Both the position numbers and the translations under genes were made by a program. Under the pieces are notes generated by a model that made no database searches, was not told where the DNA came from, and worked only from the letters and a program-made list of their open reading frames with translations. From Cladosporium halotolerans (taxonomy: Eukaryota), in NCBI RefSeq assembly GCF_011745625.1, contig NW_027191462.1:1-64000 (forward strand): a DNA stretch of 64,000 bases, written 5' to 3'. How positions within the stretch are numbered: the first letter of the stretch is position 1; each line of letters opens with the position of its first letter. Shown one piece after another: positions 1 to 10,323 of this stretch.

Positions 1-1123
1 CCCTCCCCCTCCCCCCCGTGCTGCCCGTCGCCATCCCTAGGGACCAGCACATCCACCACACACTCCAGCACCGACTTACCCTCATAGGTGTGCTGCGCGA
101 GCTCACGCGGCGTGGCGAAATCGTGGCGGCGGCAGTGGTTGTCGACATTGCGCAGGCCCTCTTCGTCGATGAGACTCGCAACGGTAGCGTCGACCTCGCC
201 GTTGGAGGCGCCCTGATAACGGTCGAGGTAGGCGGCGACAGCGGGCGGGACGCGGTAGGCAGCCGCGAAGTGCTGAGAGCGGTTAGCGTAGAAACTTTGT
301 GAGAAGGGGGAGGGGAGGAGGAGGAGGAGCAGGAGGAGGAGGGAGGGAGGGAGGGAGGATTGCGCACGGCGATGGCATCGGGCTGCTGCTGGACCTTGAA
401 CGCGAGCGTGAAGGCCGCGGCGGCTTCGGCGTGGAATTTGTGGAAACGCTTGCTCAGGTCGCGGAGGCCGACCGCGAGCTCGTAGTCGTTCATGTCGTCG
501 GAGGCGCGGCGCTCGTGAGCCTCAGCGGGGTTGGCGGCCAGGGCGCCGTCGTTTGTGTTGATGGCGGCCTGCGGCGGATTAGGTAGCGCAGCCGCCGGAG
601 CGGCGTTGTTCGCGTTGTCGGCGGCGAGGCGCTCGCCGGCCTGAGGGAGGTTAGCTGGCAGAGCCGCCGGAGCGGCGTTGTTCATGTCGCCAGCGGCAAG
701 GCGCTGTTGGGCCTGCTGTGGGTTAGGCGGCAGAACCACCCTGACGACGTTGTTGAGGTAGTCGTCGTCTAGGCGCTTGCGCTTCTGATGGAAGTTAGCT
801 GGCGGATCGGCCGGGGCATACTCTCCCATGCCGTCGCCGGCGCGACGCGGCCTGGCCGACGGCGGAGCGTCCTGGTCATCGACCTTGGAGCGCTTGCGCT
901 CCCTGGGCGAGTTGTCGGCAGAAGAGGCTGGGTCGTCAGGCTTGGAGCGCTTGGTAGCCTTGCCAGGGGAGGACGGCGGAGTGGTCGGGTCCTGGTTGGT
1001 GGCATTGAGCTCCATGGTCTTCCCCTCCTCCAGCGGAACCAGGGAGGTGGTGCGGTTCTCGGCGTAGGCCTTGGGATCGTAGGTAGACTCGTAGGTGTTG
1101 TTGTTGTTGTTGTTGTCAGACAT
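1..1123 (-). CDS. Hypothetical low-complexity protein, 3' end outside the window
   Basis: ATG at 1123 (MSDNNNNNNTYESTYDPKAY...) with TATAAA-like box at ~1304-1309 on the minus strand. The frame is open to a predicted intron 367..273 (GTGCGC...CTAAC...CAG). The spliced frame continues HFAAAYRVPPAVAAYLDRYQG...; a further GTAAGT donor is possible at ~79. No family recognised. Confidence 0.6.
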   Translation of the reverse strand, partial: MSDNNNNNNTYESTYDPKAYAENRTTSLVPLEEGKTMELNATNQDPTTPPSSPGKATKRSKPDDPASSADNSPRERKRSKVDDQDAPPSARPRRAGDGMGEYAPADPPANFHQKRKRLDDDYLNNVVRVVLPPNPQQAQQRLAAGDMNNAAPAALPANLPQAGERLAADNANNAAPAAALPNPPQAAINTNDGALAANPAEAHERRASDDMNDYELAVGLRDLSKRFHKFHAEAAAAFTLAFKVQQQPDAIAVRNPPSLPPSSSCSSSSSPPPSHKVSTLTALSTSRLPTASRPLSPPTSTVIRAPPTARSTLPLRVSSTKRACAMSTTTAAATISPRRVSSRSTPMRVSRCWSVWWMCWSLGMATGSTGGRGR

Positions 1124-2076
1124 GGTGAGTGGGTTGTGGTGGGTTGAAGGTGTTGTTGTGGAGTGTGAGTGGGTGTTGGTTGTTGTGTCGTGAAGGAGGT
1201 TGCTTGTGTGTGTGAGTTGCCGAGAAGGATGGTCGTTGGAGAAGGTTGGTAAGTCGATGGGAAAAGACTGTGACAAGGTCGGTGACAGGGCGAGAGTCGA
1301 ATATTTATATGTGCGGCGGCGTGCAAATTTTTCGTTGCCATGTGCAGGAAGGTGCGCATATGGCAGGAGCGACCTGGCGGCGCGACTGATGATGTCGGCG
1401 AGGTGAACAAGGTAGCGCTGAGGCGCGACTGCGTAGCAACCCGAACCAAGCTCTAGTGAGGAGGATCTTGCAGGTAGATGTACCGGTTCGCCATACAAAT
1501 CTAGGCGGAGTTGGATTCACATTCCCTCGTCGTTCCCCTGAGTAAGAGCCAGTTTCGCGAATGATGGATTTCATCGCCTTTCGTCGCCTTAAAGGGGCCG
1601 TTTTGCCCTCATTCGTAGGCGCTTTATCCATCACTTGGGAAGACCCCACCTCAACCTCGGTGAGTCACATGCGCACGTCACTTACAGTAGGCGAGCCTGA
1701 GGAAGCAATATGAGGAGCGCAGAAACTGTTTGTAGCGTTGAAAAGCATGTGACAGTCACCATGTGACGCTTTTGGTGTTCAGATTTGCACTGAGAAGCTG
1801 AGAAGGGCGCTCAGGCATCTATCAAGTGACTCAAAACAACATGTGATTGCGGCAGCACGGTAAGTGAGCGACTGAGTTAGGCGTTGCCTTACTCTTCAGG
1901 CACCAATCCTGATGGCAGGTCACACAGGACGTAGTTCAAATCGTAGCGCTCGATGGCATTGGCATGGGAGGCCTTGATTAAGTGATCGAGAACCAAGCTT
2001 TTGTATGTATTGCCCTAGACGCGATGTAAATGAAGAGAGCTCTATCATATCTGTGCATGCAAATCATCAGGCAATC

Positions 2077-3104
2077 TCACCGTCCCTTGAAGATGGGCTT
2101 CCTCTTCTCGCCGAAGGCCGTCAACGCCTCGATGCGGTCTGCTGTCGGCAGAACAAGATCGTACGCGGCATTCTCGCTCTTCTCACCACCCTCCCATCCA
2201 TTGACGGCTTGGAGAGCCGCTCTGGTGGCGACGGGTCCGCCTTCGCAGATATCGTTCGCCAGAGCGACCGCCTGACCCAGGACCTTTCCGCGCGCGACAC
2301 CTGGAGCCTTGGCTTCCTCCTCATCCACTTCCACAAGACGATCGGCAAGGCCCATGAAGTAGGCCTCTGGCGCAGACACACGACGACCTGTCAAGATGAG
2401 ATCACGGGCACGGGCGGGACCGACAAGAGCTGGGAGACGATAGGTGCCGCCTGTGAGGTGTCAGCATCCGGACAATTTGGCTTCAGTGCCTCAGACAAGC
2501 AACATACCGGCACCCGGGATGATGGCAAGGCGCGTCTCTGGTAGACCGACTACAGCAGTCGATCCAAGGACACGGAAGTTCGTGCACAGGGCAAGCTCCA
2601 GTCCACCACCGAAAGCCGTGCTGCTGATGGCGGAGATGGTGGGAATGGGGAGGGTAGAGAGACGGGCGAAGGTGCTTCGGAGCTTGGCTAGGAACTGAGC
2701 GACACTAGGCAACGTATCAAAATCTTATTCAACAACAGACTTGTTCAATTGCGATCTTACTCCTCCGGGGTCATGTTCAAGCGCTCCTTCAGGTCAGCTC
2801 CGGCGCAGAAGGCATTGTCGCTCTCACTGGCCAGGATCAACGCCCTGGTGCTACCCTCACCTCCCTCCTTGTGCAGACCTTCCACCACGCCGTTCAATTC
2901 GCCCAGCAGCTGCTGGGAGATGGCATTTCGGGCCTTGGGTCGGTCCAGCGACAAGACGGTGATCACACCGGCGTGTGGAGCAGGAATGCTGGAGATTTTG
3001 AGGGCGGCGCCCAGGGACGAGGCGTATCCGCGCTTCTGGACGACTGTCTTCAGCCACTGGCCATGGGCGGCGACGACATGGCGACGGGCGAGGCTGGCGA
3101 GCAT
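2077..3104 (-). CDS. Enoyl-CoA hydratase/isomerase family, methylglutaconyl-CoA hydratase (AUH)-like, mitochondrial
   Basis: Exons 3104-2761, 2704-2508, 2450-2077 with GT-AG introns. Crotonase motifs AFCAGADLKE, AFGGGLELAL, GLPETRLAIIPGAGG and C-terminal EKRKPIFKGR. Arg/Ala-rich presequence-like N-terminus. Confidence 0.92.
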
Positions 3105-3605
3105 GGTGGTGATGGTGCGGCAGCGAGTGCCGTCGACAGAGCAGAGCGGGCTTGCGCGCCTGACGTCGCGGTCGGCCTCTGGCGCGTTCAGCCTCGGCTG
3201 TCACTCCGCCCAATCATCAGCGCGTCGACCAGCCCCGTGTGCCTGATAAGCCCCCAGGCGTGATCAAGCATCGCGCCGTCGCCTCGTCCCTGCATATCGC
3301 CGACACATCTCCCGTCGCCGCCAACGTCCATCCAGCCACATGACTGGCCGTGGCCGTGGCCTGCCTAATATCGCCTGCCCTGTAGGTTGCAACATCTCCT
3401 TCTTCTTTCATCATCCTCCGTCCCGTTGCTGCTGTGCAGACGGCCCCGTGCATTAGCTTTGCCATCGTCGCCGTCCACTCAGGACCGCTCGCCTCCAGTC
3501 CACTCTCAACAAACCCTAGCCATCATGTCGTGGGCCGCGAGGATAAAAGACGTGCCCTCTCCCCTCGAATCCAGCTCTGAATTGCTGGACATCGTAGCAG
3601 ACACC

Positions 3606-4832
3606 ATGCCTTCTCTCCGCTCGTTGTCCAAGTACGCCCTCTCCGCCCTAGGGGCCTCCCAATCCGTCTTCGCCGACAGCAACATGTTCGAAGCCGTTTC
3701 CTCCTGCTCCAACCCTCAACTCTCCTGCCACAACACCACCGTCCAGCCCAACCTCTGCTGCTTTAACGCCCCCGGCGGCTCGCTCCTGCAGACCCAATTC
3801 TGGGACACCAACCCTCCCACCGGCCCGGATGGTTCGTGGACCATCCATGGCCTTTGGCCGGACAACTGCGACGGCAGCTACGACGCGAACTGCGACTCGC
3901 GCCGCGCCTACACCAACATCACCGAGATCCTGCGCGCGGCCGGCGCCGACGAAACCCTCTCGTACATGCAAACCTACTGGAAAGACTACCAGGGCGACGA
4001 CGAGTCCTTCTGGGAGCACGAGTGGAGCAAGCACGGGACGTGCATCAGCACGCTGAACCCGTCCTGCTACGCGGACTACCAGCCGACGCAAGAAGTCCCC
4101 GACTTCTTCAACCGCACCGTCTCCCTCTTCCAGTCCCTCCCCTCCTACACCATCCTCGCCGACGCCGGCATCACGCCCAGCAGCAGCAAGACCTACACCT
4201 CCGCGCAGATCCAAGCCGCCCTCAGCGCCGCCCACGCCGACCACGAAGTCTACCTCGGCTGCTCGGGCTCCTCCCTCAACGAAATCTGGTACTTCTTCAA
4301 CGTCCGCGGGACCCTGCAGACCGGCACCTTCGAGCCCGCCGACCCCCTCGCGAGCTCCAAGTGCCCTTCGACGGGAATCAGATACCTCCCCAAGGGCGCC
4401 TCATCCACGCCGACCGGCACGCGAACCTCCACCGCCCCGACGTCGACCTCCACATCCGCCCCCGGCACGCCCTTCTCAGGCAAAGGCCACCTGACCATCA
4501 TCCCCTCCGGCTCCAGCGCCAGCAAGGGCTGCCTGATCTCGAACGGCAAGTGGTACGTCTCGGGGACCTGCGCGACGTACACCGCGTCCGGCTCCTCCGA
4601 CTCGTTCACTCTGCGCTCGTCGAAAGGCGCCTGCGGAGTCGTGGAGGGCGCTTTCACGTGCGGATCTGGCGTCTCGGAGGGCCAGGCTTTCAGTGCTGAG
4701 GACGGCAAGTTGGCGTACGAGGGGAGCGCGGAGTTCTCGGCGGATGCGACGCCGAGCGGGACGCAGCAGGTTGTGGTGAGCGCGGGTGGGAGCGGGGATG
4801 TTGGGGTTGAGGTTGGTTGGGAGGGAGCTTGA
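3606..4832 (+). CDS. Secreted ribonuclease T2 with Ser/Thr linker and C-terminal extension (Rny1-type)
   Basis: CAS I WTIHGLWP and CAS II FWEHEWSKHGTC. Signal-peptide-like segment after ATG 3606. An alternative upstream in-frame ATG lies at 3525. Intronless. Confidence 0.95.
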   Translation: MPSLRSLSKYALSALGASQSVFADSNMFEAVSSCSNPQLSCHNTTVQPNLCCFNAPGGSLLQTQFWDTNPPTGPDGSWTIHGLWPDNCDGSYDANCDSRRAYTNITEILRAAGADETLSYMQTYWKDYQGDDESFWEHEWSKHGTCISTLNPSCYADYQPTQEVPDFFNRTVSLFQSLPSYTILADAGITPSSSKTYTSAQIQAALSAAHADHEVYLGCSGSSLNEIWYFFNVRGTLQTGTFEPADPLASSKCPSTGIRYLPKGASSTPTGTRTSTAPTSTSTSAPGTPFSGKGHLTIIPSGSSASKGCLISNGKWYVSGTCATYTASGSSDSFTLRSSKGACGVVEGAFTCGSGVSEGQAFSAEDGKLAYEGSAEFSADATPSGTQQVVVSAGGSGDVGVEVGWEGA

Positions 4833-5573
4833 TTGGCATATCTTATTAGAAGAATGTGCGTGGAGTGACGACATCTGCATGTGTATATAGGATCAGGTAT
4901 GCATTGGAAGCATTGCACGATAGAGAGAGCCACGGTTAGAAGGCATTCCCCCCGCGGCGGACACTGGCGCTTAAGTCTGATGGTGCCAGGCTCATTGACG
5001 TGGTCATTCACCGATCGGAGCAAGGCAGCACAGATGCACAGGAGTTGAGGCAAGCAAGCAAATTGAGCAGAACGCATTGTCAGATACGAGCTACTTCTCT
5101 CTCAGGTAGGTGAACGCAAGCAAATCAAAAAGCAAGACTCCCAATCAGTCACCTTCAGTTCAGTTCCCGCAGGAACTCATCGAGATTGATGAACCATCAG
5201 ACCACGCAAGCAGCCGCCAAGCAGGAGTACCAGCAACAGAATCCAGCCACCATGATTGTGCAGAGGAAGGGAATGTCAGGTGATGAGGTGATGGAGAGAG
5301 AGGAAAAGAGAAAGACAAAGGACAAGCCCAGCCAGCCAGCTACTTCTTCGCATCGGCAGGAGCAGCAGGGGCAGGGGCAGGGCAAGCAGGCTTGTCGGCA
5401 GGCTTGTCGGCAGGCTGGTCCGCCGGCTTCAAAGCGTCAGCCGGCTTGTCGTGCTTGTCGTCTTTGGGGGTGTCGTGGTCGTGGTGATGGTGATGGTGGA
5501 AGCTAAACAGGTCATGGTGGTGGTGCTGGTGGGCCCCGGGCGCCTCGTGCTGGTGGTCGGCATGGTCTTTGCT

Positions 5574-5960
5574 CTACTTCTTGTCCATGCCGACGGCGTG
5601 CTTAGCCTTGTCGAGCAGCGACTCGTCGGTCTTGTGGGCGTCGGTCTCGCGAGAGACTTTGTCGGCCGCGGACTGGGTGGTGGACTTCTGGGAGTCAGGG
5701 ACGGCGTCACTGTGGAAGGGTGTCGTGTTAGCTTGCTGAAAGGCGACTGTGCAAAGAGAGGATGGGAACGACGAACCGCTGGACCTTGTCAACGGTGCCG
5801 GTGACGGTGTCCTTGACCTTCTCGGTGGTGGACTTGGAGTGGTCCGGGGTGACCTTGTCGGCGACCTCTGGGATGGGTGTCAGTGTTTGCAGGCTTTGAC
5901 AGTGCTGAGGAACCGAGAGGACGTACTGTCGCCGAGATCCTTGCGGTTGGCGTCAGACAT
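5574..5960 (-). CDS. HSP9/HSP12-family small hydrophilic stress protein
   Basis: Three exons (about 5960-5927, 5867-5777, 5709-5574) give MSDANRKDLGDKVADKVTPDHSKSTTEKVKDTVTGTVDKVQRDAVPDSQKSTTQSAADKVSRETDAHKTDESLLDKAKHAVGMDKK, matching the Hsp12 pattern MSD..RK...K.....PDS.KST. TATAAAG at ~6097-6103 on the minus strand. Confidence 0.85.
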
Positions 5961-6859
5961 GGTTGCTGGTTTTGGTTGAGGTTGATGGGCTGAGTGAGTG
6001 TTTGGGTGCGTTGTGATGTTCGAGTTGCTTGCAGAGGAATGTGAGGTGAGTGTGTGATGAGGAAAAGGAGAGATCAGGAGAGCAAGAGAAAGCTGTCTTT
6101 ATACCGAGCATGAGGCAGGCAGTCACGGGCGCGCGTCGTGGTGTCGTAATCACCTGCCTCTTGCCTGGTGTTGAATGAGGAAGGCACATGTCAGTCACTG
6201 GAGCTTTGCAGGAGGCATCGCAAGGCTTTGCAGCCTACAATTCGATTCCAGGCACGATCCCAGTCATGCACTGTAGTCTGGTGATAACCCTCCGCATGTG
6301 ATGCCTGTTCATCAATTAAACTGTGCGACTCTGATGCTGCATCTGCACGTAAGCGCGGCAAACAGAATGCCTTGCTCGACTGCCTTCCTCAAAGCTGCAG
6401 CAACGCTTGCCTTCCCGGCAAAATCGAGACTATTGGGCAAGCGCTCCGTCGACCGTCTCCTCCCAAAAATCAGATATGGACGGGAGGAAATGCGTGAGCA
6501 AGTTGATGCTCAATTGCACATTCAAGGACCCCGAGCCGAACTCGATTCGGCAAGCATGCATTCACCACGATACAGTCCTGATCGGTGCACTTTTGACGCT
6601 CGTGGTTCAGCCAACAAGAGAAAGGGTCTGAGTTGCTTCAAAGATGTAGGTACGGCTGGTATCTTCGCCAGACGTCACTCAGCTGTAAGCCATTGACCGT
6701 GACGTTTTGACAAATGGAGTTGAAGGATGAATTGATGTCAATACAGATCATCAGTGATGCATTGCAGCGGGTGGACGTCTTATAGACTGTCGTTGATAAA
6801 GTTGCAGCATTTGTTGCAGCACGCATGTCACAGTCTTTCGTCATGGTAAGGTATTCCAC

Positions 6860-8680
6860 GAAACCACAATCAAGGATGATGACCGGGTGTATGTTCTATC
6901 GTAGCCCAAACGCTCCTCGCCAAAGAGAAAAAAAAAACCACACGTATCGAACTGCCGTAATCTGAGGAAGACAGTAGAGTCTCTCCTTCGGCGTGGCATT
7001 ACCATTGCGTGAACCCTCAGTGCCTCTCGACACATCTTCTTCGGGTACGAGTGCGAAGAACAGATAACCCTGATTACCCCAAGTAACCCCAACCCTAATG
7101 TCGCCGCGGGAGCGCGGGATGGGAGGGATGGGAGGTGACAGCCGCTGGCTCTGGTCAGTGCCGGGCCAATCAATCCTCTTGGTTTCTGCTCTTAGATGCC
7201 GTGAATTACAACAAGGTGTTACCAGCTTCCCTACACGCCTAAGATTCTCTATCCTGCGAGCTTTGGAACCTATCAAGATCAGGTGAGCTAGTGGTCGCCC
7301 GTCGTCCGAGCAGCCAGAGCCATCTCCGCTGCCAGCTTACCTTACAGCTCAGGTCATAGTAAGTCCCCAGTAATAATCCCAAAACCGATCGACCGCTCCA
7401 TCCCAGTTAGCGATAGCGAGCCACAGTCACCGACACGCAACGCAATGGGTTTCGTCCGTAAATCCGGTCTTAACGGACGAAAACACCGACACCATCCCTA
7501 GACCCACCAGTCCCACCGCTTTCTTCACTTTTATGCAAGACGCGGCAAACTCCACACCACCGACCCTCCGACTCGTCTCTTCTTGCCCTTTTCTGAAATA
7601 TTAGAAAAACAAATCAGCTCCACTCCCAGCAAACCCTCGCAACGGACGCCCCGAAAACTCGCGACTCGCATGCCGACAGCATTGCCTAGTGATAGAAACC
7701 GAAACCGAAAAACACCTAGGTGCGGAACAAGCCTAATCCGCAACCCGAGAGCAAGAGCCGGCCGGCCGGTCTTCTAGAAGAATAGGAGAAAGCCGGGGCC
7801 GAGATCAGCAGAACGCGGAATACGCAATGCGGTCATTCCAGGAAGAACGGGCTTTGACCGCGATCCCATAATTTGCACCCTTTGCGTTTCTTGCTAAAAC
7901 TCGACCATCGAAAAGATCACACAGTTCGCGGCTGTGCGCTGACCAGAGACTGCGTCCGCGGCCGCGCGCACCGCACACCTCCTAGATCTTCGATCTGCTG
8001 TGCGGCGTCCAGATTGGCTTTTCGTCTCCTTCGCGGCGGGAAGCGAACTATTGAGGCGAACACGACGCGTTTTGACGACGCTGTTTGGCATGCAGTAGCT
8101 CGACTCGGAAGAGGCTGCCGGCGCCCGCGCCATGCGGCGAAGAGGGCTCGGCTGCCCGCTAAAGTAGGTACATATCGCTGGACCGAATCATTGCGAGCAG
8201 GTCAAAGCAGCACCATACCGGGGACGCTCGCGACTCGCGTCGATAGTCTGCGCTGGCTTCACGGCTCGACCCATGTCTGCTGTATGCACGCCGAGCTTGG
8301 TGCCCACTCCTGCGCACGTTTTGTTCTGTCACTCTCCCACAGACTTTCCCTTTCGCGGGTCGGTTTCTGGAGATGGGGATGGATCTTGGACTTCGCTCCG
8401 CGGAGCGTTGGCGCAAGCTCCAGAGCCGCTTGCGTTAGCCGTCGTGGGACTTTCAGCCTTGTACGTCATGGCACGGTGATGGAAGAGAGTCTGGACCGAC
8501 TTCTTGTGATATCGAACATCGATGGGAGCTAGCAGGAAAACCGATTCCACGATCCTGCTCGCTGTCTCATCACAACCACGCGGGAGGAGGCTCAATCCCC
8601 ACTCACACCACCCCCAAAAACGCCCCCCAGTGGCGTCCCAAGACGCCTCAAAACGTGCTCGCCTCCTGCATGGCTGCGAA
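6860..8680 (+). ncRNA. Candidate telomerase RNA (TER); ends approximate
   Basis: No credible ORF. Template-like AACCCTAA at 7091-7098, complementary to TTAGGG repeats. Many long-range complementary segments: 7149-7161/7936-7948, 7450-7459/7473-7482, 7851-7859/8200-8208, 8361-8372/8418-8428, 8341-8349/8481-8492. ATAAGC at 8680. Size fits Pezizomycotina TERs. Confidence 0.55.
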
Positions 8681-9244
8681 TAAGCCTTTCAACGCTCACG
8701 AGCGGCGGCTTTCTCCAGCAGTCTGTGGCCTAAAAGGGTATGCACTCAGCAGCTGTACGCCTACCGTGGTGGTAAGGTTCTCTCCAACTGCAGCCTCCCC
8801 ATCGCACGGCCAGCTCCTTGCGCGGGAATAGCTCGACTCCGGTTCCTGTAGCCGCGTGGCAGGAATGGGCGTCAGTGGCTTTTTTAGAGATGCATGCGGT
8901 TTTTTCTCGCACGTGTTGGTCGAGGCTTGTTCGGTGGATCTTCTGCTCGGGCGGAGTGAGGTCGATGAGAAGCGTTGTTAGTGTATGTGTTTGCTTGAAT
9001 CATGCGGCGATCATCGCTTAGGCTCGATTCGGGAACGCTTCTTGAGGGCATCGACCGCCGGAGGCATGGGCTGCTTTCGAAACGTATCGCAGATGACCAG
9101 TGACGTTGCTTGCCATTGAGACTTCACCTTGCACCACACTACAACTTTGACGAGGTAAGACGGTATCGTTATTCATTTCCGTACCCTATCCAAACCACGG
9201 TCTTACGCTTAGCGCCGCCGCCCTCGAAGACCACATCCACCACT

Positions 9245-10323
9245 TCACTCCTTCCAACCTCTGTAAACAGTCCTGCTCCCCCAAACCTGCCCCTTCCTCA
9301 AAACCACCATGCCCCTCCACTTCTCCTCATTAACCGCATTCACATACCTGCTCGCCTCAATGCACATGCCGCTCCTCGGGCCCCTCGCCGGCAGGCCATC
9401 CATAGCCGGGACATCGATGAACTTGCCCGCGTAGAACTGGAACGCGGGCTCCGTGCTCAGCGCCTCGAAGCGGATCTTGCTGTCCGGGTGGTAGAGGCCG
9501 ATGAGCTTCTTCAGCGGCTGCGAGCGCGTGTCGAGCGGCACGCTGGCCGGGTCCGGGTTCATGATGAAGCAGTGGTCGGGCGCGGGCGTGGAGGCGCCGA
9601 GGGTGAATTCCTCGTTGGGGGCGAACTCGGGGTAGGGCTCGATGGCGCCGGTGGGGATGGCGGTGTCGTCGACGACTTGGTGCAGGTTCGTCGAGACGGT
9701 GGCGCGCGTGCCTTCGATCGTGGGCTTGCCGGAAATGTTGAAGTAGCTGCAGGGGGTCGGGGGGTTAGCTGGGAGGGGTTTCTTTGGGGGGTCTGGACTT
9801 GGGGGTGTGCATACCTGTGGTTGGTCACGGAGACGGCGGTCTCCTCGACCTCGTCGCCGACCAGCTCGACCTCGTACTCGATCTCCAAGCTCGTCTTCTC
9901 CACGCCGTCGACCGTCTCGACGCGCGGCATGTACCAAAGCCTCAGCTCAACCGTACCCGGGAAGCCCTCCTCGCCGTCCTTGCTCAGATACTTGAACATG
10001 ACGCTCTCCGTGCCATTCCTCTTGACGGGCGTCGGGCCCTCAAAGTCCTTCTTTCCCCAGCCGACGGCGCCGCCGTGTAGCGTGTTGGGGCCATTGTTGG
10101 CAGCGAGGTCGTAGCTCTTGCCGTTCAGGTTGTTGATCTTGGCGCCCGAGATGCGGTTGGCGACACGGCCGATGTTCTCGCCGAAGAAAGGGTTGTGCGG
10201 CGTGCGGTAGGAGTCGGCGGAGGGGAAGCCGAGGACGATGTCGGTGCCGCCGACCTTGAATTCTTGGATGATGCCGCCTTGCGGGAGGAAGGTGAAGGAG
10301 TCGGAGAACTGCTTGGCGGCCAT
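9245..10323 (-). CDS. Aldose 1-epimerase (galactose mutarotase)
   Basis: Exons 10323-9815 and 9746-9245. Motifs GRVANRI, NNGPNTLHGG, DGEEGFPG, TNHSYFN (across the intron), TEPAFQFYAG, GMCIEAS. Confidence 0.95.

Noticed and set aside
5340..5530. Short tandem repeats (CAGGCTTGTCGG x2-3, CAGGG, GGT runs)
   Set aside because: Simple-sequence repeats in the HSP12 3' region with no evidence of function.
6300..6860. Protein-like minus-strand fragments upstream of the TER candidate
   Set aside because: Short, stop-interrupted and unrecognisable. I cannot support a gene or pseudogene call without a search.
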